Assembly: GCA_964371255.1 (NCBI GenBank)
Contig: CAYJKV010000002.1
Coordinates: 130,553 to 194,552, forward strand
Source: an uncultured Candidatus Saccharibacteria bacterium
GTDB taxonomy: Bacteria > Patescibacteriota > Andersenbacteria > UBA10190
Length of the DNA stretch: 64,000 bases
Direction of reading: 5' to 3'
Each line of letters begins with the position of its first letter. Positions within the stretch are counted from its first letter, which is position 1. The notes under the pieces are model-generated. The model was not told the origin of the DNA. It ran no database searches and saw only the letters and a list, made by a program, of their open reading frames with translations. Position numbers and translations under genes: made by a program. Shown piece after piece: positions 39,491-49,582 of the stretch.

Positions 39491-40474
39491 ATGCGTCTAA
39501 ACGCAAAAATCTTCGTTGCGGGACATACCGGGCTGGTCGGCTCAGCCCTCATTCGCGCGCTGGATAAACAGGGCTATCGCAATCTCATCCTGAAAACGAA
39601 GGCCCAGCTCGATTTAACCGATTCATTATCTACCACCTCATTTCTTTTGCAGGAAAAACCTGATTTTGTCTTCGTCTGTGCGGCCCGTGTCGGTGGCATT
39701 ATGGAAAACAAAACTTATCCGGCCCAATTCATTTATGATAATTTACGCATTGCCACTAACATCATCCACGGCTCCTATCAAGCCAAAGTCGCAAAGCTGC
39801 TCTATCTGGGAAGCTCTTGCATTTACCCTCGCCAAAGTCCGCAGCCGATGCATGAACAATATTTTATGACTGGACCGCTGGAGCCAACCAATGAATCCTA
39901 TGCCATTTCAAAAATTGCCGGCATTAAAATGTGCCAAGCCTATAATCAGCAGTACGGCACTAATTTTATCTGCGTGATGCCGACCAATATTTATGGTCCG
40001 CATGATAATTTTAATCTGGCCAGCTCGCATGTTTTGCCCGCTTTACTACGTAAATTCATTGAAGCCACTATTAATAATTACCCCACTGTCACCGTTTGGG
40101 GCACTGGACAGGCGCGCCGCGAATTCATTTTTGTTGATGACATAGCTGAAGCGCTCATCTTTATGATGAAAAATTATAATAGCAACGAAATCATTAATAT
40201 TGGCACCGGCGAAGATATTAGCATTGCCAATTTAGCGCACTTGATTAAGTCTATTGTCGGTTACTCCGGTCAAATTATTTTTGACTCCTCCAAGCCCAAC
40301 GGGATGCCCAGAAAACGCCTAGACGTCTCGCGTCTCCACCAACTCGGCTTCACTCATCGAGTTAGTTTATCGGACGGTATTAAAATAACTCATGACTGGT
40401 ACTTAACCCAATTACCGTCCGGCCTGCCCGCCATCTCCCAAAGACGAACCCATGTCCGATCAGCCTCAGCTTAA
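39491..40474 (+). CDS. fcl: GDP-L-fucose synthase family epimerase/reductase (possibly ColC)
   Basis: AGHTGLVGSA, AARVGGI, GSSCIYP, LEPTNESYAISK, MPTNIYGP, SHVLPAL, WGTG..RREF. Confidence 0.9.
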   Translation: MRLNAKIFVAGHTGLVGSALIRALDKQGYRNLILKTKAQLDLTDSLSTTSFLLQEKPDFVFVCAARVGGIMENKTYPAQFIYDNLRIATNIIHGSYQAKVAKLLYLGSSCIYPRQSPQPMHEQYFMTGPLEPTNESYAISKIAGIKMCQAYNQQYGTNFICVMPTNIYGPHDNFNLASSHVLPALLRKFIEATINNYPTVTVWGTGQARREFIFVDDIAEALIFMMKNYNSNEIINIGTGEDISIANLAHLIKSIVGYSGQIIFDSSKPNGMPRKRLDVSRLHQLGFTHRVSLSDGIKITHDWYLTQLPSGLPAISQRRTHVRSASA

Positions 40475-41495
40475 AATAGTCATTAACACTCACTACGAGT
40501 CGGCCGGTACCAGGGTCTGCGTGGATGATTTATCGCCCCGCTTAACCCAAGCCGGACATCTCGTTGTTCATAATGACTGGGACCATTATCAGCGTTACCA
40601 ACTGGCAATCTTTATGTCCCCGGACGCGGCTATCCAACAGGCGAAGCAACAAAATCAAACCATTAAAACTTGTATTATGAACCCGATGACGGACTACCCG
40701 TCTCTTCAACGCAATGCCCGATCCACTGACGCACTCATTGTCGGCTCACTGGAACAGCGCGATGCCCAACTCAAATATAATTCTAACGTCTTTATTTATT
40801 ACATGTTTCCTGACATCCAGCCCATGTTCAAAAAACATGCTGCCTCCCAACCCACCATCATCGGTTATCACGGCAATAAAGAACATCTATTTAATTTTTC
40901 TCCTCACATTAATGCGGCGCTTGATCGCCTCGCTGCCGAATATCCGGTTGAATTGTGGTTAATGTATAACATCACTAAACTCGGCCTCGTCACCACCCGT
41001 CTCCCTCGCTTGATCAAAACTCGCCACATTCAATGGTCTCCGGCCAATTACAGCCAGATACTTTCCCGGTGCGATATCGGTCTGGTAAATAATATAATTC
41101 CTACTCCCCGCGATTTCCTTCATGTTGTTAATCAGCCCCTGACCCGTTACTTTAACCTCAATTTGCGTCCCTATCGGGCTCACGATACGCAAGTCAGATT
41201 TAAATATTCGACCAACCCTGGGCGCGTCTATGTTTTTAGTCAGCTTGGTATCCCCGTCATCTCCGACTTTGCTCCCTCAATGAGCCAGGTCATTCGGGAT
41301 GATTATAGCGGTTTAATCGTCAATTCTTCTACCGGCTGGTATTGGGCTATGAAAAAATTATTACTTGATCCGCCCCTGCGCCAGTTTTATAGCGACAATC
41401 TGCGTCACACAATTGACACTACCTATGCCATCGACGGGAACTTCCGTAAACTCAATTCTTTCTTAATTAATCTTTGCCTGCCCTCGCCGTCCTAG
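40452..41495 (+). CDS. Putative GT-B (GT4-like) glycosyltransferase
   Basis: IGYHG, W, CDIG, KYSTNPGR...F..LGIPVI, G.IV.S..GW. Confidence 0.7.
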   Translation: MSDQPQLKIVINTHYESAGTRVCVDDLSPRLTQAGHLVVHNDWDHYQRYQLAIFMSPDAAIQQAKQQNQTIKTCIMNPMTDYPSLQRNARSTDALIVGSLEQRDAQLKYNSNVFIYYMFPDIQPMFKKHAASQPTIIGYHGNKEHLFNFSPHINAALDRLAAEYPVELWLMYNITKLGLVTTRLPRLIKTRHIQWSPANYSQILSRCDIGLVNNIIPTPRDFLHVVNQPLTRYFNLNLRPYRAHDTQVRFKYSTNPGRVYVFSQLGIPVISDFAPSMSQVIRDDYSGLIVNSSTGWYWAMKKLLLDPPLRQFYSDNLRHTIDTTYAIDGNFRKLNSFLINLCLPSPS

Positions 41496-41526
41496 TCTTT
41501 ATCACAGATGCATCTTGCCGTTTCCC

Positions 41527-41555
41527 TTGGGACATCCTCAACAGTTGTGTAAAAT
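41527..41555 (+). promoter_or_regulatory. Putative sigma70 promoter, leaderless geometry
   Basis: TTGGGA-N17-TAAAAT-N6-ATG(41562). Confidence 0.55.
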
Positions 41556-41561
41556 ATATCG

Positions 41562-42764
41562 ATGATTAAGCTCGTCCCTGGACTTTTCCACAACGAACAA
41601 CAAACCAAACAAGATTTGTGTGATTTTATCATGTCCACGAACCAGCTGAGCATCGGGCAGCAATGCCAAAATTTTGAGCAGGAGTTTGCCCAGTGGCAGG
41701 GGCGTGAGCACTGCGTCCTCTTCAGTAGCGGCAGTTCTGCTAACCTGGCCCTGATCCAATCATTGCTTAACCTTCAATTATTGCTGCCTGATCAATCCGT
41801 CGCCTTTTCTGCACTGACCTGGGCAACTAATGTCATGCCGCTTATGCAACTGGGGTTAAAGCCAGTCCCCGTCGATGTCGAGCTCTCCACGCTCAATGTC
41901 TCCAGCCAAACCTTTTGTGCCGCCCTCGACGACAACCCATCTATTAAAATGTTGTTCCTTACTAACCTGCTCGGATTTTGCGGTGATCTTGAACAAATTC
42001 AGCGCGTCTGCGCTGAACGAAACATTCTCCTTATTGAAGACAACTGTGAATCGTTAGGTACGGAATATCTCGGTCGGAAACTTGGTAATTGGAGCTTAGC
42101 CAGCACTTTTTCCTTTTTTGTGGGCCATCATATGTCGACTATTGAGGGTGGCGCCGTTTGCACTGATGACCCAGCTCTTAATCGCATGCTCCGCTTGGTC
42201 CGTGCCCACGGCTGGGATCGCAATCTATCCGACGCCGACAAGACAGCCATTCGTCAGGAATTTAATGTTAATGACACTTTCTTTGCTAATTTTACTTTTT
42301 ACACTCTGGGGTACAACCTTCGCCCCACGGAAATCACCGGTTTTCTAGGTTCTAATCAGCTTCGTTATCTCCCAGAGACCATCCGGCTCCGCCATCACCA
42401 CTGGCAAATGTTTAACGCCGATCTTTCACGTAACCCGGATTTTATTCACCAATCCACTGACCACCTCGATTTAATCTCTAATTACGCTGTACCCATTATC
42501 TGCCGCACCCCCGATATTGCCGAGCGTTATATCAGCAGCTTTAAGGCCGCCAATGTGGAAATACGTCCAATTCTCGGCGGCTCGATCCCCGAACAGCCAT
42601 TTTACCGCCAGGCCTATGGTCGATCCAAAAGCTATAAGAATGCCAGCATCATTGATCATCAAGGTTTCTATTTTGGCAACAACCCTGGCCTGACCAGCGA
42701 TCAAATGCATTTATTGCGCCATCTGTGCCTTGGCCAAACAGTAGCCGTCGAGCAGCGAGCTTAA
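41562..42764 (+). CDS. colD: DegT/DnrJ-fold PLP enzyme, ColD-type GDP-4-keto-6-deoxymannose 3-dehydratase
   Basis: SGSSANL, EDNCESLG, FSFFVGHHMSTIEGG (His in place of the Schiff-base Lys), RAHGW.R, GYNLRP.E. Confidence 0.8.
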   Translation: MIKLVPGLFHNEQQTKQDLCDFIMSTNQLSIGQQCQNFEQEFAQWQGREHCVLFSSGSSANLALIQSLLNLQLLLPDQSVAFSALTWATNVMPLMQLGLKPVPVDVELSTLNVSSQTFCAALDDNPSIKMLFLTNLLGFCGDLEQIQRVCAERNILLIEDNCESLGTEYLGRKLGNWSLASTFSFFVGHHMSTIEGGAVCTDDPALNRMLRLVRAHGWDRNLSDADKTAIRQEFNVNDTFFANFTFYTLGYNLRPTEITGFLGSNQLRYLPETIRLRHHHWQMFNADLSRNPDFIHQSTDHLDLISNYAVPIICRTPDIAERYISSFKAANVEIRPILGGSIPEQPFYRQAYGRSKSYKNASIIDHQGFYFGNNPGLTSDQMHLLRHLCLGQTVAVEQRA

Positions 42765-42804
42765 TTATATTAATTGATTTTTAACCTTTACGAATCACAT
42801 TCTT

Positions 42805-43548
42805 ATGTCAAGCACCTTGTCTTCCTTTGCCCGCACTATTCATAGCCAGCATGGCGAAGAAGGCATTATCAGTGAAATTATTAAGCGTTTACAGTTGTCG
42901 CCTGATTGGTATGTAGATATCGGTGCGTGGGATGGCATACATCTCAGCAATGCTTACTTTCTCTTGGACCGTGGTTGGCAAGGCATCGGCCTGGAGGGGG
43001 ATCCAGACAAATACGAAGATCTAAAAACCACTTGCCTGAAGCACCAGGGCAAGCTTCATCCTCTCCTGGCTCAGGTCCAATCTGCGGGGCCTTATGAATT
43101 AACAAACATACTCAGCAAGACCTCTCTCCCTTTTGATTTTGGCATTTTGAATATCGATATTGATTCCCATGATTGGTGGATCTGGCATAATTTAGCCGAC
43201 TATTATCGTCCCAAGCTTGTCATCATTGAAATTAACAGCACCATTCCGGTTGGTATAACTTATGTCCAGCCTGCCGATGCGTCCGTCCCCGTCAGTGGAG
43301 CAAGTTTTACCTCTGCTCTCCAACTCGGTCAGGGCAAAGGTTATCAGTTAGTCGCCCACACCGGCAATCTAATCTTTGTTAGAAATGATCTTGTCCCAAA
43401 ACTTCATTTATCTCCAACGGAGCTTGCTAATCCTGATGCCATGTTTAACAACGAGTGGTTAATCAGAAAATACGTTAACAAACAGAATCTCTTCCAGGCT
43501 TCAAAAATCTTCATCCGCGACCGTTTCCGGAAATATATTATCAGTTAA
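42805..43548 (+). CDS. FkbM-like putative methyltransferase
   Basis: SQHGEEGII, DIGAWDG...SN, IDIDS.D, IIEIN, GAS, KGY.LV, N.IFV. Confidence 0.7.
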   Translation: MSSTLSSFARTIHSQHGEEGIISEIIKRLQLSPDWYVDIGAWDGIHLSNAYFLLDRGWQGIGLEGDPDKYEDLKTTCLKHQGKLHPLLAQVQSAGPYELTNILSKTSLPFDFGILNIDIDSHDWWIWHNLADYYRPKLVIIEINSTIPVGITYVQPADASVPVSGASFTSALQLGQGKGYQLVAHTGNLIFVRNDLVPKLHLSPTELANPDAMFNNEWLIRKYVNKQNLFQASKIFIRDRFRKYIIS

Positions 43549-43661
43549 TTTGTTCTATCGTTTGCTCTCCACTAATTAACATAACACTTTGACCTGGCCT
43601 TAAACGTGTCCGTATTTTTCATAAATTCTCGCACCTTTCGTGTAAATAATCTATCACCCTC

Positions 43662-44834
43662 ATGCCAATTCAGCTTTCTCTTGCCACTATTTACAACCAC
43701 TTGTTATTAGCCGCTGCAAAAAAAACTGTCATCTGCAACATTCATCGGTCTGGTCATTTTCGCCGGGGTCATGCCTTGCTTTATTATAAAACAGATTCTC
43801 TTACTCCCGGTTATTGGCAACAGTATCAGCATACCAATAATTGGGAAATTACCGAGGAAGTAAGGATACTTAACAAACTAGGCTTCTGGGTAGACGCCAT
43901 TGACCGCGGCGCCGCAACCAACTGGCTGCCGGCAGACAAATATCAACTTTTTATCGGTATTGGCATTGACGGATCCGGCCACCACTACCTGAGATTAGCC
44001 CAGCACGTTCCCTCAGCTCTAAAAGTTCTGTATGCCGCCAGCTCTAATCCTGACCAGCGCAACGCCTTCATTAATCAGCGCTATGCTGAATTTCAGCGTC
44101 GTACCGGATGTACTCTGCCCCTCTTTCGTACCGTCGAAGAGGTCGATACCACACAGACCGCACAAATCACTGATCAAATTATCTGCGTAGGCAATCACGT
44201 AACCAACGCTACTTTTAGCAGTTACCATCGACCCATCCATAAAATCTATCTATCCACATCTCCTAAACTATATTTGGACAAAGCGGCCTATACTCACAAG
44301 CAGGCGACTAATTTTTTATTTTTTGCTGGTGCCGGCAACATTCTCAAAGGTCTCGATCTCCTGTTAGAAACCTTTGCTCAGCTGCCAAACCTTAATCTCT
44401 ATGTCTGCACGACCATAGAAAAAGACTTTCTGCATCATTACCAAAAACTCATTGACCATTCTCCCAACATCCATATCGAAAATTTCATTCGCATCAATAG
44501 TCCTCGGTTCAATCATTTAACGAGTGTCTGCGCTTACGTAATTTTACCCTCCTCCACGGAAGGATGTGCTACCTCTGTTACTTCCTGTATGCGCCGCGGC
44601 CTGATACCGGTGGTCACCCGTCAAAGCGGCATAGATGTCGAGCCATATGGTTTTTATATTGATGACATCTCTATTCCTGGCCTCTCTGCTTTGGTTTCTC
44701 GTCTTTCCGTCACGCCTGTTTCTAGTCTGCGCGATCACGTCATCTCCGCCTTTCAAGCCTCTTTCCAGTACACCCAACAATCATTTTCCCACAGCTTTAC
44801 CCAAGCGCTTGTAAATATTCTTCAAACAGCCTGA
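43662..44834 (+). CDS. GT4 family glycosyltransferase
   Basis: LKGLDLLLE.F, PSSTEGCATSV..CM..GLIP. Confidence 0.82.
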   Translation: MPIQLSLATIYNHLLLAAAKKTVICNIHRSGHFRRGHALLYYKTDSLTPGYWQQYQHTNNWEITEEVRILNKLGFWVDAIDRGAATNWLPADKYQLFIGIGIDGSGHHYLRLAQHVPSALKVLYAASSNPDQRNAFINQRYAEFQRRTGCTLPLFRTVEEVDTTQTAQITDQIICVGNHVTNATFSSYHRPIHKIYLSTSPKLYLDKAAYTHKQATNFLFFAGAGNILKGLDLLLETFAQLPNLNLYVCTTIEKDFLHHYQKLIDHSPNIHIENFIRINSPRFNHLTSVCAYVILPSSTEGCATSVTSCMRRGLIPVVTRQSGIDVEPYGFYIDDISIPGLSALVSRLSVTPVSSLRDHVISAFQASFQYTQQSFSHSFTQALVNILQTA

Positions 44835-44866
44835 TTGTCTCCCTGCCCTTTCCGGCCCGTGTCCCG

Positions 44867-44895
44867 TTGTCGCCTGCCTGGCAATTGCGTACTAT
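44867..44895 (+). promoter_or_regulatory. Putative sigma70 promoter, leaderless geometry
   Basis: TTGTCG-N17-TACTAT-N6-ATG(44902). Confidence 0.6.
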
Positions 44896-44901
44896 ATTAT
44901 C

Positions 44902-45882
44902 ATGTCTCATTTCTTGGTTACCGGCGGTGCCGGCTTTATCGGCACGAATATAGTCTTTTATTTATTATCCAAAGGCCATCAGGTCACCATTTTAGACAAC
45001 TTATCAACCGGTCATATTGAGAATTTGTCTTCAGTCATGCACCGACTGACCTTTGTTCAGGGTGATATTTGCGACCTGGCTACGCTCCACCAAGTGATGC
45101 GCGGCGTTGATTATGTGCTGCATCAGGCCGCCTGGCGGGCCGTGGAAAAATCGATCGATCATCCGATTGAAGCTCATCACAATAATGTCACCGGCACTCT
45201 TAATGTCTTAATGGCTGCACGTGATGCCCATGTTAAACGGGTCGTCTTGGCCTCTTCCTCAGCCATCTACGGTCAAAACAAAGCAAGAATTAATCAGGAG
45301 GATGATCTGCCAAAACCAGCCTCCCCCTATGCCGTTGCCAAATTAGCTGGCGAGCAATACGCGTCCGTGTTTTATCATGAATTTAAGCTCCCCACAATTT
45401 CCTTGCGGTACTTCAACGCTTATGGGCCGTTCTCACCGGCAGAATCTGCATATTCCAACGTTATCCCAATTTTCGTCCAGTGTTTAACTAACGGCCTTCG
45501 CCCGACTGTTCATTGGCACGGCCAGCAAAGTAAGGATTTCGTCTATGTAGAAGATATTGCCCGCGCTAATTATTTAGCAGCCACCAAGCCAAACCTGCCC
45601 TTCGGTACCGCCTATAATATCGGCTCTGGTCAAACTACGTCCATTAACGATCTGCTATCAGCCTTGCAAACGCTCCTCCACACTAACCTTAAACCACTTC
45701 GCCAGCCAAAACGTCCTGGTGATGTTTTAGCCACATATGCCAACACTCTCAAAGCCAGTTTGGACCTTTCTTTTACCACTCATGTTTCCTTGCAGCAGGG
45801 TCTGCAGCAATTCCTCAACTGGTATTTTTCCACCGCTACAGCCAAATCGTCCCCCCTCATCCGGCAGGCTGCATCCCATTGA
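44902..45882 (+). CDS. NAD-dependent UDP-hexose/HexNAc 4-epimerase (WbpP-like SDR)
   Basis: TGGAGFIG, HQAA, SSSAIYG, SPYAVAK, LRYFNAYGP, DFVYV.D. Confidence 0.9.
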   Translation: MSHFLVTGGAGFIGTNIVFYLLSKGHQVTILDNLSTGHIENLSSVMHRLTFVQGDICDLATLHQVMRGVDYVLHQAAWRAVEKSIDHPIEAHHNNVTGTLNVLMAARDAHVKRVVLASSSAIYGQNKARINQEDDLPKPASPYAVAKLAGEQYASVFYHEFKLPTISLRYFNAYGPFSPAESAYSNVIPIFVQCLTNGLRPTVHWHGQQSKDFVYVEDIARANYLAATKPNLPFGTAYNIGSGQTTSINDLLSALQTLLHTNLKPLRQPKRPGDVLATYANTLKASLDLSFTTHVSLQQGLQQFLNWYFSTATAKSSPLIRQAASH

Positions 45883-45898
45883 GGCTCCGCTCAGCTTG

Positions 45899-46735
45899 TT
45901 ACTGCTTGGTTTCCTTTAATCGACCAATGAAATACACCGCTTCGTGATCATCCCATGATGTTCTGCCGACTCTGCCTTTTTTCTTAACGACATTTCGGTA
46001 CAATGAATTCCAGTTTTTCTCCAAGAATTCATCTATCACAGATCTATCTACCTTCAGAGGATGACCAGCGTCGTATCGGTCTTTTAGGTTCTCCGATAAA
46101 TCAGCTCCATGGTAGTACTTATCTGCCATTACCAAAACCGCTCCCGGGGCAGCCATACTTAAAATCTTTTGCCAAACCACCTCCACGTTCTGGCAATGTT
46201 CCAACACATTGATTAACAATATGAGATCAAACTTCACTTTTGTATCAAAGTCCTCAATGGCGCTGTCGATGATCTGCACTTTTTTGTGCCAAGGCCAATA
46301 AACTGGCGTCTGCATAACTTGTTCTCTCACCCACATCCGCCCGTCCTTATACCGGCAAAAACGATGTTTTAAATATTGTTTGATCAACGGATCCAGCAAC
46401 CATATATTATCTATTTTGGCCGCCTGCGCCACGTACCTGATGTTCGTAAAAGGGCCGCATCCTAATTCAATGCCTTTTTCAAATGTCAGGCCGCGCAAAG
46501 CCTGGTAATTATTAAACGCTATTTTATGCCAGGTGTTGTTATCTTCTCGTGTCCATCGACCATCCACCAGCCAGGTTTTTTGTTCAAACTCCTGCGCTTT
46601 CAACCATCTCTCCTTGTCAACTCTCAAAACGCCCCTTTTTTCTTGCAGCCATCTTAGATCATTATTTTGCGCCAGTCTTTTCCTGGCTTCCTCTCCTTGC
46701 CATACTTTACGATCACTCTCGACATACAAACTCAT
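45899..46735 (-). CDS. Class I SAM methyltransferase
   Basis: IELGCGPF, LDPL, IEDF, INVLEHC, GHP. Confidence 0.8.
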   Translation of the reverse strand: MSLYVESDRKVWQGEEARKRLAQNNDLRWLQEKRGVLRVDKERWLKAQEFEQKTWLVDGRWTREDNNTWHKIAFNNYQALRGLTFEKGIELGCGPFTNIRYVAQAAKIDNIWLLDPLIKQYLKHRFCRYKDGRMWVREQVMQTPVYWPWHKKVQIIDSAIEDFDTKVKFDLILLINVLEHCQNVEVVWQKILSMAAPGAVLVMADKYYHGADLSENLKDRYDAGHPLKVDRSVIDEFLEKNWNSLYRNVVKKKGRVGRTSWDDHEAVYFIGRLKETKQ

Positions 46736-48000
46736 AAAATTTTCTTGTTACCAAATAAATGTTTTTTTATTAACCAATAAACTGCTCCGGAATACAAAGC
46801 CCCTAATAATATATAATATATTATAGATCCAGCCACTGCGCCGCTAATGCCCCACCTGGGGATTAGCACAACATACGCTATCACATTTGCCCCTCCGGCT
46901 ATCATACCAATTGACGTGAATAGAATTTCTCGTCTCTCTTTTATTAGAATGTACCCCCAAATCGACGCCAGCCAATGAAAAGGGATCACCAATAAATACC
47001 ATTGGGCGTATCCGCTTGATTCCCGGTATTCCATACCAAAGAGATTGACAATCAACAGGGGCGTCAGCACCCACAATGCTGCCAGACTGCTCAGCATCAC
47101 GCCGGCGATTTTAAAACCTTGTGCTTTGTACCAGCGGACAATCTCGCTCGTGCCAGTTTTGTATATTTTGGGTATATATGCAGACATCATCCCGCCTAAT
47201 ACCAGTTTTACTCCCTCGCCTATTTTAGTCGCGATTGCATAAATAGCTAACGCCTCTAATCCCAACCAGCCGACTAATACCAGACGATCAACCCGCGAGT
47301 ACAATACATTAAATAATTCGGAAATAAATAATTTATAACCTGACTTCATCCACCCCTCTTCTATTAAATTGTTAACTATCAGCCGGCGCACTTTTTTAAA
47401 AAATATTATATTGAACCCGGCCTGCCCCACAATCATGACGGCAAACGGGACCACGATACTGCTTCTATTCAACCACACCGCTCCACCAACTGCGGCTAAT
47501 ATCACTATTGATGAAATGGCGTAGTAGCGTGACCGTTCGGCAAATCTTTCCTTTGCCTGCAGCACGACATCCCAGCGCCTCAAAACTGTATACCAGGGAA
47601 ATATTGGCGCCGTTATTAATAACCCAAGCCCAATGTGTGCATTACTGTATACTAAACACCACCAGCCCATAGCGGCTAACACCGCGGCTCCCATGATGCT
47701 CCAACGCCAACTAAGCCTTAACACCTCACGCAGCGTCCCATCGTACCCAGTTGATAAGGATCTCAGCAGCGAACTATTAAAGCCGGTAATGGCCAGCACA
47801 GCTGCCAGGTTGTAAATCGAGAACAGCAATTCATACTCACCTACGAGTTTTAGGCTCGTTAATCTTGTTAACAAAACGATGATGCCCAAATCCGCTATCA
47901 TCCTCCATACCTTCTCCAGGTTCAACCAAAAACTGCTCTTTATCAGATAGCTTGAGTCCACGCCAAACCACCCTTGCATTCGTTGGCTAATATTCCCCAT
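46732..48000 (-). CDS. wzx: Wzx-type oligosaccharide flippase
   Basis: About 12 TM segments; GEY, VDRLVL, LAIYAIA, LFG.EY, LIPRWGISGA. Confidence 0.87.
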   Translation of the reverse strand: MGNISQRMQGWFGVDSSYLIKSSFWLNLEKVWRMIADLGIIVLLTRLTSLKLVGEYELLFSIYNLAAVLAITGFNSSLLRSLSTGYDGTLREVLRLSWRWSIMGAAVLAAMGWWCLVYSNAHIGLGLLITAPIFPWYTVLRRWDVVLQAKERFAERSRYYAISSIVILAAVGGAVWLNRSSIVVPFAVMIVGQAGFNIIFFKKVRRLIVNNLIEEGWMKSGYKLFISELFNVLYSRVDRLVLVGWLGLEALAIYAIATKIGEGVKLVLGGMMSAYIPKIYKTGTSEIVRWYKAQGFKIAGVMLSSLAALWVLTPLLIVNLFGMEYRESSGYAQWYLLVIPFHWLASIWGYILIKERREILFTSIGMIAGGANVIAYVVLIPRWGISGAVAGSIIYYILLGALYSGAVYWLIKKHLFGNKKIL

Positions 48001-48110
48001 ATCTTTTTCTCATCTCCTCAATTATATACTACGCCCTCGCCATCAAACCTCTCGGCCAATTTTTTACCACATTTTGCACAGCCTCACGCACCCTGACGCT
48101 CAGCGGCTAA

Positions 48111-49514
48111 CTAATTCTCAACTTCTAAAGTCGGGAACCTTGCCTTTAAAAAAGCTATGATCTTTTTATTACCATTCGGCTGCTCCGTCATTTGCTGCAA
48201 TTGTTTTGTTACCTGGTCTTGACTATTTTTTCTCGTTTGTCCATTCTGCAATCTCCAGATATTTGGCAAACTTGTCTTCCTGACCGACTTTTTTTCTGCT
48301 TGCTCAAACAGCTCTTCGAACATTTTTTCCCCTGGTCGGCACCCTACCACCTTGATGCGAATGTCCTTATCGGGCATCAGGTTATGGCCTCGTACGACAC
48401 ATTGGGCGACTTCATACACCGATATCAGATCCCCCATGTTCAAGACATATATCGCACCCTGGGCCATCCTGGTCGCACTCATGATAACCAGTTGCGCCGC
48501 CTCCCGTATCGACATAAAATATCGTTTCATTCTCTTGTCCGTAATAGTCACTTCCCGCCGTTGCGTCACTTGTCTGTCAAACATCGGCAGCACCGACCCT
48601 TGCGAATTGATCACGTTTCCAAAACGGACAATACTAAATATTGTTTTTTTTGTGCTTAACCCCTGCACGCACTGTTCCGCGATCTTTTTTGTCGCACCCA
48701 TCACGCTGGTCGGATTTACTGCTTTATCTGTCGACACTAATACGAACCTTTCCACCCCATATTTCACGGCCGCCTCGGCAACGTTGAGAGTCCCCAGCAC
48801 GTTGGTCTTGACCGCTTCCCCCGCACAGTCTTCCATTAAATGAACGTGTTTGTAAGCCGCCGCGTGAAAAACTATATTCGGCCTGGCCGCTTTAACTACT
48901 TCATCAGTCCTCACCCGATCCACTACACTCCCAATCATGATCATGAATCTGGCTTTGCTGACTTTGCCTTCCTTCAATTCCTGAGTCAACGCATAAACTA
49001 ATCCTTCCGAGTTATCCAGCACTACTACCTTCCTAACCTTCAGCTCAAGCAGCTGCCTCACAATTTCGGACCCAATAGACCCTGCTCCGCCCGTCACCAG
49101 TACCACCTTGTTTTTGTAATATTTTTCCAGTTTATTTATATTCCTCCGAACAGGCGCACGTCCCAGCCAGTCCTCGCCGGTCAAATCACGCACAAACTCG
49201 TACTGCACATCATTGTGCCTGATCACTCTTTGTTCCCTGGGTACAATTCGAATTGGTACCCGATTTTTGATGTTATTGAGCAGTATCCGCCTGATCAGCG
49301 ACCCATCGGCTGAGGGAATTGCAATCACTACCTCGTCCACCCTGTATCGGTCCAAGACTTCTTCTAAATCGTCAATCTTACCCAATATTTTTGTTCCATT
49401 CCTTTTCATGTCGTCAATGAATCCCGCCACTGCCCTGTCCGGATAATGGTGCTCAATATCCTGCTCTAATAATCTTCCGGCTATTCCGGCCCCAACTATT
49501 ACGATTTTCTTCAT
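48111..49514 (-). CDS. PglF/CapD-like UDP-GlcNAc 4,6-dehydratase lacking the N-terminal TM domain
   Basis: IVGAG.AG, GFIDD, TGGAGSIGSE, HAAAYKHV, STDKAVNPTSVMGATK, RFGNV..S.GSV, RYFMSI.EA, RPGEK. Confidence 0.9.
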   Translation of the reverse strand: MKKIVIVGAGIAGRLLEQDIEHHYPDRAVAGFIDDMKRNGTKILGKIDDLEEVLDRYRVDEVVIAIPSADGSLIRRILLNNIKNRVPIRIVPREQRVIRHNDVQYEFVRDLTGEDWLGRAPVRRNINKLEKYYKNKVVLVTGGAGSIGSEIVRQLLELKVRKVVVLDNSEGLVYALTQELKEGKVSKARFMIMIGSVVDRVRTDEVVKAARPNIVFHAAAYKHVHLMEDCAGEAVKTNVLGTLNVAEAAVKYGVERFVLVSTDKAVNPTSVMGATKKIAEQCVQGLSTKKTIFSIVRFGNVINSQGSVLPMFDRQVTQRREVTITDKRMKRYFMSIREAAQLVIMSATRMAQGAIYVLNMGDLISVYEVAQCVVRGHNLMPDKDIRIKVVGCRPGEKMFEELFEQAEKKSVRKTSLPNIWRLQNGQTRKNSQDQVTKQLQQMTEQPNGNKKIIAFLKARFPTLEVEN

Positions 49515-49520
49515 CGCCTA

Positions 49521-49526
49521 ATATTA
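49521..49526 (-). promoter_or_regulatory. Putative -10 element, leaderless geometry
   Basis: TAATAT-N6-ATG(49514); no clear -35. Confidence 0.4.
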
Positions 49527-49582
49527 ATCATCCGTTCAGAGTGCCCGAAATTTCAAAAAAAAGCTATGATTAACACAACCCT

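Noticed and set aside
41562-42764. Annotation as perosamine synthase or generic aminotransferase
   Set aside because: The catalytic Lys position is His (GHH), which fits ColD-type dehydratases
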